DNA from: Amphiscolops sp. MND2022
Taxonomy: Eukaryota
Reading direction: 5' to 3'
DNA length: 64,000 nt
Assembly: GCA_964187785.1 (NCBI GenBank)
Contig: OZ076409.1
Location: 54,250,001-54,314,000 of the forward strand
The notes beneath the pieces are model-generated. The model was given only the letters and a program-made list of their open reading frames with translations, was not told where the DNA came from and did no database searches. Both the position numbers and the translations under genes were made by a program. Below, one piece after another: positions 24,439 through 36,284 of this stretch (its first letter is position 1; each line of letters begins with the position of its first letter).

Positions 24439-27335
24439 CAGGGAATTGTCAATTGTGAACCAATTTTTTGGAAATAATTGGTGACCAATTAATTGACTTG
24501 CTTTTTGTTCCAATTATTGTCAATTGACAAAAATCTTGCAGTTATTTGAAATTAATTGATCTTTTATCTAAATGCTCCATTGCGTTGCGTCAACTCACTG
24601 CATGTTGTTTATGTGTACTTGATATACATCTGTTGTTCAGTTTTCAGATCAGATAGTAAAACTGCGTCACTTCTATTGCTCTTTGCAACGCGTAAAACTG
24701 CAGATATGGTCAGTCAAAAAGAGATTTGTGCTCGCTATTTCACGGAAACAACACAGAACTAGGATTTTTGGGAATGTGTTTGTCAGAAACAACTCAGTCA
24801 AAAAGCCGGATCAGGTTGGAGAAACTTGTTTTTTTGCATCAAGTCCCATTAACCAGATTGGCAAGGCAAAAGTGCGCAAAGTTTCACGTCATTTATGGTG
24901 CCAGGCATTCTCGCCACTCCTGACAGAAACTACTCTCACAACAGAATCCCTTCATGATTTTATTATATGAGTGGTTGAAACACTCTACAATAAGTCAATA
25001 AACTGCGTTACGGCTCTAATTGGAGACAATTGCGAAACGAATAAAGCCATTGCCAATCTCTTCAATATTTCATTGATTGGCTGCTACTCGCACAGATTCA
25101 ACCTCGCTTTCAAACTTGCTACAGAAAACACAAGCAACGTTTATCAAAAGCGAACATTCTGATGGGCAAATTCAAAGATACGAAAGGTACCTCACCATTA
25201 AAGACCATTTTATGAAATTCGACAGAGTAAGAGATGTCCTGGAGTTGATCCCTTCAGCCAAAGCAAACAGTGATATTGAGGCGTTATTCGAGGATATGAA
25301 AAAAAGGGTAATTCTGTCTGTCACAGCCTAGAGCTTGTGTTGGACCCGTGGAGCAGCAATAGAGGCAAATGACTCGACCATCTATTGTTTCAAACTGGAG
25401 AAAACTTATCACTTCTTGGGACTTGTTTTACATGTAACCATATATGACTTTTGTACACCAGCATTATTCAAATTTGTTTGCCATTATAGTTAACTGTGCT
25501 CGTAAATTAATACCCATTCATAAACAATTCACTAAATGTTACAAGGTGTTAACATATTTGATGTATAATATCGCTCAACATGATTTGTAGTGAAATGAAT
25601 AAATTATGCATGATTTGTATAATGCATTAGTTAATCTGCCACATTGAGTTTGCAGCATATTGCAGTAGAATATTGCTTTTTTCAACTCAATTATATCTTT
25701 TAGAAGTATGACTCATTATGTCGAATTAATCATACGTGCTACGTTATGCTGAGATTAACACCTGCATTACATATGAGTCATACTACGTGTTGCCACATTT
25801 TTCTCATAAAAGATGAACGGAGTGATGCAGTTTGCGTGTTAACCAATCACAGGAAATTATTCGTCATGCAAGATACTTTTAATAGATAATTGTGTCATGT
25901 AAGAATCTATTTATATAATTTTGGAAAATAACGGAGTGCTATTTTTAGCCATTACATAAAAATGATGTAATGATGATTTCCCAAAAATTGGCTGTCATGC
26001 TGCTAAATATAGCCCAAATTAAAAAGGAGAGTAAGGAACCCGATAATATTCATTCAACAGAAAACTTCCAGACTGATCAGACCTCTCTTTTCATCTTCAC
26101 AACCACTGTTTCAGCTTCGATAATTCAACGTTATGCACATTTTCTTCAATTTCATTTCAACCCAATTTTACTTTGCTTCTCAAACCTAATTAAAATTCTT
26201 CTCTCCAACATTGCATTTTAATCTGGCTAAAATGGGAAACAAGAGAAATAGGAGATCTAGACGAGGACAATCACCCTTACTTGAGAGAGAGTTGAGCGCA
26301 TCAGAAATAGAGACATCACAAGGTAATGAAACCGTTATTGAAACTTTAAGTAACTTTGAAAATGTTAGTTCAGTTAGGGACGAAGAAATAGCTCTAGACA
26401 GCGGAACACAAAATGAAAGCGAAATGCAAATTTGGACCCAAAGAATAACAGATAAAACGAACAAAGAAGTAACAAACTTAAGAAAAGAAATGGATGAAAA
26501 ACTAGAGAAAATACTGGAAGAGATGAAAAATAACAGAAGAACACAGTCCGTACCAAACAGAAGATATCGAGAACAAAACACTCCCAAAGCAGGAATCTCG
26601 AAATACATAAGTAATGAGGACGGTGGAGAAAACGCATCTGAACCAGAAAATCAAGAATGTGAGATACAGGATAATCCTTTTAGGCCATCTAATTTAAACG
26701 AACTTAGAACGCCAATACAACCTTTGAGCATACAAAACATTGATTTAAATGACTCTGTGGTCATAAATGAGGACCGCACATGAGAGGATTATCACACTGT
26801 CACATTGTCACTCCAATAAGAAGACATTGATATTGGGGACGGGAAGTGCCTGTTTGATGCATTTATAGTGGAGTATCCGATTATGGAAAGTATTTTTCCC
26901 GGAACGCGCAGATAAAGTACTCCTCAGACTTTGTGAATGCGAATTTGAAAATTGTTGACGGAACTGAATCACAACTTGTTGAGAGAACCTGAATCGGATA
27001 CAGTAGAAAACCTCAAAAAAGTTGTTGTAATTGTTGAAGAGGCCGATGATTCCGTTGACTTTGCTTCGGGTGTCCTTAAGAGAAAAAATCTTGCAAAAAA
27101 TGTGTATCAAAAGCAACTATCAAGACCTCCGCTTCCGGAGTTCAACATCCAATATAGCCGAACGCTTCTTCAGTAAATATGGTTCCGCATTTAACGACTT
27201 ACGACAGAGCACTCTACCAATGAACTAGGAGGTGCGGCTTTTCCGCAATGTGAACCGCCAGTTTTGGTCAAAAACTGATGTCTCTAAAGCTATGAATGAA
27301 ACATTTGAAGAACATTTTAAGCCACTGTCTTCATA
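24439..27335 (+). mobile_element. hAT DNA transposon, degenerate transposase split by solo LTR B
   Basis: A CAGGGAATTG left end is followed by a transposase from ATG 24706 with a BED-like start and LIGDNCETN...[12 protein letters not shown]. After the insert come SVTLSLQ...LFDAFIVEYP and the dimerisation motif SNIAERFFS (~27155). The right TIR was not found. Confidence 0.85.
25319..26796 (+). mobile_element. Long solo LTR (B, 1478 bp) with ORF running to its 3' end
   Basis: It starts TGTCACAGCC and ends GATTATCACA, with a perfect 5-bp TSD CTGTC (25314-25318, 26797-26801). Excision rejoins hAT NSVTLSLQ. The ORF MGNKRNRRSRR... (ATG 26232) has one stop at 26781 and the frame continues EDYH to the terminal A. 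Confidence 0.92.
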
Positions 27336-27555
27336 GCTAGTTAGTAGTTCCAGGAAATTTCCCCAGTTTCGCTTTAACGGACTCTAGATGATCCGGCCTC
27401 CATTTTTTCCGGCCGCGGGGGAGGGCCCTTCTAAAACTAGTCAATTTTCAAAAAAGCTTCTCTATACTAAAGTAGTTGTAGTACGAGATTCCGATTTCAA
27501 AACGTTCTAAGGCTAGATGTTCTATTTCTAGCCAATCGTCCGTGTCAAATTCTTT

Positions 27556-27712
27556 ACGATAGGTTTTCAAGGCATTTTTCATTTGCTTTTTTTGGCGAGT
27601 GCCTGGATGTATCTGAGTGTCTTTAAAGATTGATTCCCTTCTTAATACATATCCCAGGTGTCTTTTGAAGAAGAAATGAAAGAAACATCAAGCGTGTGAT
27701 AAATGTAGAACA
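27556..27712 (+). repeat. 157-bp direct repeat, left copy (right copy 33029-33185), flanking the RTE-type LINE
   Basis: ACGATAGGTTTTCAAGG...TAGAACA is present twice, with 5 substitutions by eye and no indels. Confidence 0.97.
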
Positions 27713-30700
27713 TTTGGCTCTATGGAAATGCCTTCACGAGCGAAGTTAAAGGCGGCATATTGTTTGCGTAACTTTAGACCTAAACTCCCGGCAGAGCCGT
27801 AGGTATGTGTGATAGATACTGTTAAATGTCAACTGAAGTCTGTGATGGGCGGAAGTTGCCCAGCATACGACACCCACAACCAAATTTTTTCCACCTGCTC
27901 ACGGTTGTATCATACTCTGTCCAAGGACAAGTACGAAACTGTAACTCATGTGTATCCACGTTGTGTCCATAACATAGTAAGTCGTGAACCATGGTTGTAA
28001 CGCAACTATCCAAAGTCAAGTATGAAACTGTAACACTTGGGTAAAGCCCACGGTGTGTTTTCAACACGTTAAGTCGTGGCCCAGTCAAAATCGAGTAGCC
28101 AATGACGCAACTCACACTACTCGGTCAGCTGTCCTAGTTTTTTTAATTCGAACAAAGACTTCTGACGACAACCACGTTGAAGTCTTACATGTGTGACCTT
28201 AACTACGTCTCACACTCGCATTTAGGTGTGGGGCAATTGTTCGTGTTCTTGGATCGGCCTCACAAGCCACCAAGTTTCTCCTTAATCTTAGCCTAGTGAA
28301 AAATAATAAAGTTATAGCACAACCGGTTTCTGGAACGATGTCAAGGTCTTTAGTGGAGGACCCCTCACTATACCTAAAAGCATACCTGTGGAATATACGT
28401 ACTCTAAATTCAGCCGATAATAGCGAGTTATTATCGAACACTCTCCTTTCGAGAGAGTTTGACCTAATTGCTCTGGCGGAAACTCACCTGACCAGCAATG
28501 GTTCAAGTGAGATTGAAATCACGGATTTAGATCGTATACAAGGACTGGTCAATCTTGAGGGCGACGCAAGTCGAACCCTCTGCGGTACTGAACAACCAGT
28601 TTGTTCTACTGCCAGGAGGCATGGGAGAGTTTTCTCGACTGGCCACCTAACCGAAAGTAATCGAGACTCTGCAAGTACAAATAGAGCTCACTTAAATGAG
28701 GGCGTAAGTACACGATCCCTCTGCAGAAACGAGGTACCCGCAGCCTCAACTGCCAGAGATACTGGGACACCTGAATCTCTGAACTGTCAGGTAGCTTGTG
28801 AGACAGTCACGAACAGTAGTAGAGACAATGGCGTAAAGAATCGGGGAGGTTTGAAAACCGTCGATACAATTCCCCCGACATCCTCTAACTCTGCTCAAGA
28901 CAATCTCACACTATCAGGAACTGGGAGTACTCTTAGAAAAAGCACTAGGATTAGAACTACTTCACAGGTGAATGGAACAATTGCAACACCTGTAACGGGT
29001 GAAGCAAACTCTAGCCCTAATGAAGAAATTCTACTCACAAATGCAAATTCTAGGGGAAACATACCAGCTGAAGGTATCACAGTCTCCACAGCAACCGCAC
29101 CTAGCCCCCAAGTTTGCTATGGGAACACCGAAGTAAGAGAAGGCTCGCGATGCTTGTTCCACAGTAGTGGCCCAAGTCTGAACGAACCTAACATTGGTGG
29201 AGTGGCATTTGTCCATCCAAAGAGAATTCGGTGTCACTTTTTTGAACCAGTTTCGAATAGAGTGGCACATGGTGTCTTCTCTAAGGAAGGTATTAAATTG
29301 CATGTAGTTGTTGCTTATGCACCGACAGAAACCAATGGTACAACGGAAGAGTATGAGGAGTTCCTAACCCAGTTAGAGAAAACCTGTAACTCGCACCGGC
29401 GTACACCATTACTTGTTCTGGGCGACTACAACGTAACTATTGGCTCGGGGAAAAATGAACTAGTTCCGAAACACATCGGCAAGTGGCTACCAAGTAAAGA
29501 CTCGTCTGAACACGGTAGCTTACTACTCCAATATTGTGTGAAGAATGACCTCATGATCCTCAACTCTTACTTCTCTAAACCACTTGTAAGGAAATGTAGT
29601 TGTGTTCACCCCAAGACTGATGCACTGTCACTCAAGGACTATGCACTAGTCAAGAACAAGGGAGCCGTAAAAGGTCTCTCTATCAGAGATGTAAGAGCTA
29701 GTTGGAAGGAAAGTAATCGGAAAGACCATGCAATGATTGTTATCATTGCTACTCTGCACGGCGATGTCCGGAAAGCGAAAACTCGACCAATGATGACACC
29801 GAAATCTCAACTTTCACAGAGACAAAAATGTGAACACTTCTTACATTCAAAAATGAACCGTAATAAGTTCCGTCAGGAGCTTAAAGGGGAACTGGAGAAA
29901 ATGCCACACCACACTGACTTACCTAGTGTACTGGACAGAGTGGTCTCGACATGTGAGATAGTGGACACACCAGTGGTCAAAACTGATTGTTGGGCGCACT
30001 TTATCACCTCAGAAGGCTGGGGAATACTGAAAAAGCGTGAAATCGCCTACAGAACATACCTTCAGGACAGAAAAAACCCAGCCTTAGCTCAGATCCTAAA
30101 AACCAATAATCAGCTAGTAAAAACGGTCACAAAAAATGCTAGAGAGAAGGCTTTAGAAGCTGATCTGGCCGAGTTCGCTAGATTGAAGGATAATGGGGAC
30201 TTAAGAGGAGCGTACAGGCAACTGAAGGTAACCTCGAGATCCATAAACATCTCCTGGTTTAAGAGGGGACGGAGGAGCGTCGGACCCTCGAAACAGGGTT
30301 TCTGCCGACACTATAGTGAACTCTTCAATGCCAGACCAGCTCCAGGGGACGACGGCATCGCGAGAACCGCGACTCTCACTACCCAGACCCCCCTGGCACC
30401 TTCTGAGTCTGTTAATTCCCAACAAGAGTTAGTGGAAGAGCGGCGCCTATCCGCGAATCCTACTAATGATGACGGTAGAGGAACACAGACAGAGTTGGTG
30501 AGGGCACTCCCTCATGCATGTGGCTTGGTTGATGAAGAGCCTGACGGCCCCACTCAGTACGATGTCTAAGTCGCTCTAACGCTGAGTAAGAGAGGCAAGG
30601 CGCCGAGCTTGAGCGGGATCACAACGGACCTTCTGAAAACTTTTTCGGATTTGCTAGTAGGGCCACTCCTGGAGCTATTCCAAGTTCATTGGGACAATCC

Positions 30701-33028
30701 AGACTCTGTGCCTCAGAGGTACAAGGATGCCAAGGTGATATCTCTATTCAAAAAAAGGAACCGTAAAGATCCCAGCAACTACTGAGGAATCTTCCTTCTA
30801 GATTCCATAGGTAAGCTCTTTTGTCGAATAGTGTATCGCAGACTCCTGGACTTCTACGGCACGAGAATGGACCCCTACCAGTTTGGCTTCGGTAAACAAC
30901 GAAGTACAGCACAGGCCGTTTAGACCCTGCGAAACCTGATACAAAGGGCCAGAGACCTAAAAAATTGCATGTACCTAGTGTTCATCGACCTTGTCAAAGC
31001 ATTTGATACAGTAGACAGACCTCTAATATTCAAAACACTGGCAGATCTTGGCTTAGCACCAATTGTGCGCAATTTGGTTGAAGCAATTCACACAACTCCA
31101 CATGGAGAGATAACCTCTAAAAGTCGCTTTGCAGTTGAAAGAGGTGTAAGACAAGTGTGTGTAGTGGGCCCCTTCCTATTCAACATTGCAATGGACTACT
31201 TATGCAGGAAATCACTGAATTGCGCGGATCGAGGCTCCACTCTCATTGATCACCTCGCATACGCTGACGACTTAGTGTTGATAGCATATGACGAGAAGAC
31301 TATGCACTTAAAACTGCAGAATCCGAACAATGAGATCATGAAGTTTGGCATGGAAACTTCTGTCAAAAAGACTAAGTGCTTAATTGCGAGTGGGAACACA
31401 AACAAGCCACTGTCTGACATTAAGTTACCAGACGGTCCGAGAGAACAAGTTAACAGTTTCAACTATCTGGGTTGTATAATTGATACTGACAATGACCAGG
31501 CGAGCTTAGTTAGAAATAATTCCACGAAAGCCAGAATTGGACCTGTAAAGTTAAGAGCTGCACTTGTAAATTGATCTTTGACTTTTAAAGTAAAAGCGAG
31601 CCTGCCCGAAGTCTTTATCAAACCAATACTCCTCTATGGTCTTGAGACTGGTGTGACTCGTGAGAGTGACTTGTCTAAATTAAATGCTGTTCTTAATAAG
31701 GCCAGAAGACTGATCCTGCGTGTACAGAACAAACAGGAAATCAGATGTGCTCATCTGGCTGAGCCGATTCAGCTGAGAGACATCCGCATAGAGCTGTGAA
31801 TCAGAAGACTGAACCTATGGTACAGTCTCAAATCCCTCGGGGTTGAGTCAGTCCTGGGCACAGTCAACGATTCCAAAATCTGGCAGCGATGCTGGATGAA
31901 ACAGCTCGAACGCGCTGTGCTAAGCCTCGGCTTAACCTCAGACTGGATTGATGCGCCATTTCGAGTAGGCTTCAGATGTCAAAAAATAGTGCGTGAAGTC
32001 TCTGTAGTGGGAACAAGAACTCACACACTAGAATGCCTTTTTGAGGGTTGTAACTTGACATTCGCCGAAGCCAAAGAACACAATAGACACACTCTCAGAG
32101 ACCACACATCACTATCGGCACAAAGTGTACAATTTGATCTACAAAAGGCAACTTCGTTTGGATGTCCAAAGTCAAATTGTAGTAAGTCCTTTAAAACTAA
32201 AGGCTGGCTCAAATCTCACTTGCAGAAAAACCACAAAAGCGGATCCTTCCTAGGTAACACTTTTGTGTATGCCTCAGAGAATGATGAAATTTCTGTGAAT
32301 GAAGTCCCTGATGAACTGCAGACCGGCCCCAGTGCCAATAGTCAACCCCAGGCATCAAACTTCATCAGAAATAAACGAAGGAGAGCTCTTCGGAGTAATC
32401 CTACCGGAACTGTCGAAATGAGGAACACTCAAGTAGCAAATAGGGGAAGTCTGATAACCGCAGATCCTAGATGCTCTGAGATCCTCAACAACACCGAAAA
32501 TATCACCCTGTCAAGCTCTGACACCTATGCACAGGGAATAATAGCTGCCTCAACGGGTCCTGACATCGCGATGACAGGTAGGCCACCCGGAGGGGTAGTG
32601 AAACTCCCAAAGTGAAATGTCGGTTTCCCGGTTGCCCCAAAGAGCTCCAAACTCTAAAAGGCATCGTGAACCACATGTCACCCGTACATAGAATGTCTTA
32701 CGCCACAGGAGGTATGGTGAGAGCGAGGGCTACAAAGCGGCCCGGTCCCGTGCTTTTTTAGACCAATGTCTTCTAACGTCTGGTCACGTGCATTTACTAA
32801 ATATCGAAAAGTGTCACTTAGATATGGATGTATCTGACTGACGAGGTAGGTGAAAACCTGTAATAAATGAAGCCTACCAATGAATCACCCTCATACACTC
32901 CTGCCTCTAAGTGGCAACTGTTCCACGTTGTTGGAAATAGATAACTAGCAAAAACTTTAAACTTCTTAAAGGCCCATGGCTACATACCGGAGAGCCTAGG
33001 ATTCCATCGTGGCTCAATGGGAGAAGGC
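27713..33028 (+). mobile_element. RTE-type non-LTR retrotransposon, apparently full length
   Basis: A single frame 28296-32615 encodes an APE endonuclease (WNIRTL, ALAETH, YAPT, LGDYN, KDY, KDH), an RT (GKAP, NY*GI, FIDLVKAFDTV, GVRQ, YADD) and two C-terminal C2H2 fingers. The element is bounded by the 157-bp repeats. Confidence 0.92.
28296..32615 (+). pseudogene. EN-RT-C2H2 polyprotein (~1439 codons) with 5 premature stops and no frameshift
   Basis: The ORF track pieces starting at 28296, 30969, 31578 and 31896 are all in one frame. In-frame stops lie at 30567, 30783, 30921, 31572 and 31797. The fingers read CLFEGC...HNRHTLRDH and CPKSNC...HLQKNH. Confidence 0.9.
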
Positions 33029-33185
33029 ACGATAGGTTTTCAAGGCGTTTTTCCTTTGCTTCTTTTGGCGAGTGCCTGGATGTATCTGAGTGTCTTTAAA
33101 GATTGATTCCCTTCTTAATACAAATCCCAGGTGTCTTTTGAAGAAGAAATGAAAGAAACATCAAGCGTGTGATAAATTTAGAACA
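33029..33185 (+). repeat. 157-bp direct repeat, right copy
   Basis: It matches 27556-27712. Confidence 0.97.
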
Positions 33186-33949
33186 AAGTAATCCTACACG
33201 TAGTAAATGAGGTTGAAAAAGATAGGCGTGTATGATATAAACCAACAATAAAAATGGTGATAGACAAATTTGATTACATGTCGTTATAGAGAATCAATTG
33301 TATTGCATGTGAGAATATGAGTCTCAATTACAGGCGGATCAGAATGTTGTGACATTTGTTGGTGCATTTCGGTAAATACTTGTTGAAGCTCTAACTGGAA
33401 CCCAAATTTTGTTTACATTGGACACTTAACGCATCCTCTTCTTTTCCGGACAGTGTTGCCAACCTCCTAGAGAGTCACCTTGCGTGGTTCGTAATGTTCC
33501 TGAGAATTCAAAATGTACGAGATATAAACAGCAAGATGTCAGCCTTTTCATTAACCATCTGTGGAACTTAGGTGGAAAAATACTTTCAACAAGTCGTTTC
33601 AGAAATGTTGCACCAAAACTCCACCAGCTTGTAACATTCTATCGCCCCTTTTCAACTACCAAAAATATGAAGTTGTCAAAATATGATAAATGCTGATTGG
33701 CAATTCTTTCGCCTTAACCGATTACGCTTGGAATATTGGCAGACGTTTTCCTCGGTGTGTCGTTGTGGCAAATGTAAGGAGACTGCATTTCTTTCTGGTA
33801 TGTGATCAATACCATGACATCAGACCTGAAGACATTGACTCATGGAATCTCCTAGACCCTGAAGACTGTAATATCATTATTGACTACGTCTCACATTCAA
33901 CGAAGTTAAACGGAAATGTATAACTCTTCGTTAATGCCTAACCTACTTT

Positions 33950-35230
33950 TATCCAACTCTTAATGCTTTTTTTGTACACCATGTCTGCCACCATAATGCC
34001 ACCATGTCTCAAATTAACTGCCTTGAATTTTCAAGTGTTCACTCTGATGGCGTTAATTGGCAATAAATTGCGATGTCGTCCATGCTTTTTCGAACTGTTA
34101 CAATGTTCTCCCAATAACTAGGTCATCACCATAGAAGAATGAATCACAATCAAGATTTTGTAGAAAATGGTTCAAGTCGATTATGTTGAGGCTAAAATGA
34201 AGCGGGCATAACTTGTCTCCCTGAGCAACACCTCTCGATTGAGCGATTTGTCGAGATCTAAGTCCACTACCGAAAATGTATTGGTAGTTTGTCGCAATTT
34301 TGCTTTTGAGTGTTTTGAGGATTCAGCCAAGAATCCCGAAGCAAAACAACTGTTCAACTAGGTCTCTATCTACCGTGTCAAAAGTCTTTTCATAACAAGC
34401 ATAACAGTTTTGACACATGCCAACATTGTGTAATTTTGGTTCTGACTGAAGTGAATGCGTTTATTGTTGATTTCTTCGCTCGGAAACAGTACTCTGTAGG
34501 TGGAAGGATATACTGGGCTCAAGTATCCAGTCTTTTGTGATTAATTCCGTAAAGATGTTGTATACAGACCAGAAGACGAATAGCTTTTTAGAGGGGTTTC
34601 TCGTAGGAGTAGTTCCGACATATTGGAGTTTTTCCATTTCCTAAGCACACTTGGAAATGCCTGTAAGATAAAGAATTATGTTTCCAAAAATAGGTTTCAG
34701 AAATTCGTTGGTTAAGCCATCCTGTCCACATTCTTTATTAATAGACGCATAGTAAGTTTCCACCAAACTCTCGACATCTGTAAGATCATCGTTAAGAAAT
34801 TAGGGACATTTCCTGTTGGATAAGTAGTAGTCATGATTGCCCGTGTTGGTGTTTTCAGTAACAGGTACAATATTAGGATCGGGAATGTGATACAGAATCT
34901 CGAATAGAGACTGGCAATCCGAGAAAAGAATTTGAGTTAGTGTCTCGATGCAATTTTTCAATCTGAGTATGTCCCGTAATTGGTTTTTATTTGATTCACC
35001 AACAGAGTAAATTTCAGATTTTTTCTTCGGAAAAAACTGTTTCTTTTTGTATTTCATCCTTCGTTTGTAGAGCTTCTCTGTCTCACTATGTTTCTTTGGG
35101 TCAAACATATGAGCGCGATACAACTTTTCAAGGTATTGGTTGAAACTAAAACTTTCTTCAAGAAACGATGGTTTCGAGTTCCATGGGTTCCGGCTGATGG
35201 CTGATTTCTTTGTTTTATCATACATTATCA
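33950..35230 (-). mobile_element. Non-LTR retrotransposon RT fragment (degenerate)
   Basis: The minus strand reads YCFRAKKST, KKTFDTVDR, GVAQGDKLCPLHF and FFYGDDLVIG (~34110-34480), preceded by the linker ORF 34800-35231. Confidence 0.75.
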
Positions 35231-35234
35231 TATG

Positions 35235-35900
35235 TTTCGTCTACAGACACCATCGACAGAAATGTTTGCGATACCAGGAGTAAAATTTTTGATTTGTAAC
35301 TTTCTGGTTTAGGCATGTTTTTGCCCTGTTTGAGGATGGGGGCGATATGACCATGTGTCAAAAACTCATCTTTTTCCACAATCATACTTTTGAGTTTTCT
35401 AGCAATTAAATCACTATCCATGATTCTGCCTCGACAGTATGGTCCTCAGCGGTAAAGTTGTCCGGGCCCGAGGCTCTCTTGTTCTTCCATCGTCGTTCAA
35501 ACTTTTCGACCTTTTCTATCGAAATTGGGTCGGAAGTAAGTTTGGCTGGCAGTATAACCGAGGGTCCCAGTTCATTTGTAAAACATTTTTGAAAATGGGT
35601 AGTGCTTCTCCACATAGCCTAAAAAACACGATGTTAGCAGGAAGAACATATCCCCCAAAGGAAGAGCCAATCATTCTGTTACAAAATTGTTGAACAGTGG
35701 ATTGGGTTGGCACACCCTTCCATATCTACTGACTTTAAGTTCAGTGTTGCAAAAGCAATCATATCTCGACATCAGATCGGAGACGTCTGGGATATCCTTC
35801 CCACATTCTTCTGCCGTCTTACAAAACCATGAAGACAGGGAGGTTTTGCAAAGATTGTGGGTAGCATTTCTGAAGGGCATTTGGCAATTTGGGTTGTGCT
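35235..35900 (-). mobile_element. RTE-like LINE fragment, same family as 42480-45420
   Basis: HFQKCFTNEL...KNKRASGPDNFTAED and PILKQGKNMPKPESY closely match the 43790-44110 region at both DNA and protein level. Confidence 0.85.
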
Positions 35901-36284
35901 AGCAAGTATGGTCTGATCATCATTCTGCGGATTTATCCATGCAGTGTTTGTCCCATTTTGAACAAGATGTGTTGCCGGAATAGCATGTTTTTCAGCAGTT
36001 GACCTGTAGAAAATTGTCTGGCCAAATTCAAAGTCTACGACTGCTGGTAATCTTACCAATTTTCCAAAGATCAATCAAGCAGGGTTGAAACCAGTTAAGA
36101 AAAGTGCAGTTTGCTTGAGAGGCAATTCTTGTTAGGATCAGTCGGACCGTTTGCCGCTCCTGATGTGCTTTATCATTGTTTGATTCAGTGGATACGTTAA
36201 ATACTTGGCTTTGAGTTCATTTTTTGATATTGCTTTGCAGGTTGCAAAGTTGACTTCAATTAAAACATTCGTGGCTTCAATCTC

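Noticed and set aside
27556-27712. 157-bp repeat as an H/ACA or C/D snoRNA or snRNA
   Set aside because: It has one plausible hairpin and a terminal ACA, but no convincing two-hairpin/H-box layout, C box or Sm site.
32830-32885. CTGACGA followed by a GGTAGGT/GCCTACC stem, resembling a hammerhead ribozyme
   Set aside because: The required GAAA does not follow stem II (AATG instead), and I could not build stems I and III.
33400-33925. Short + strand ORFs after the RTE element
   Set aside because: They are fragmented and unassignable by eye, so they are left unannotated.
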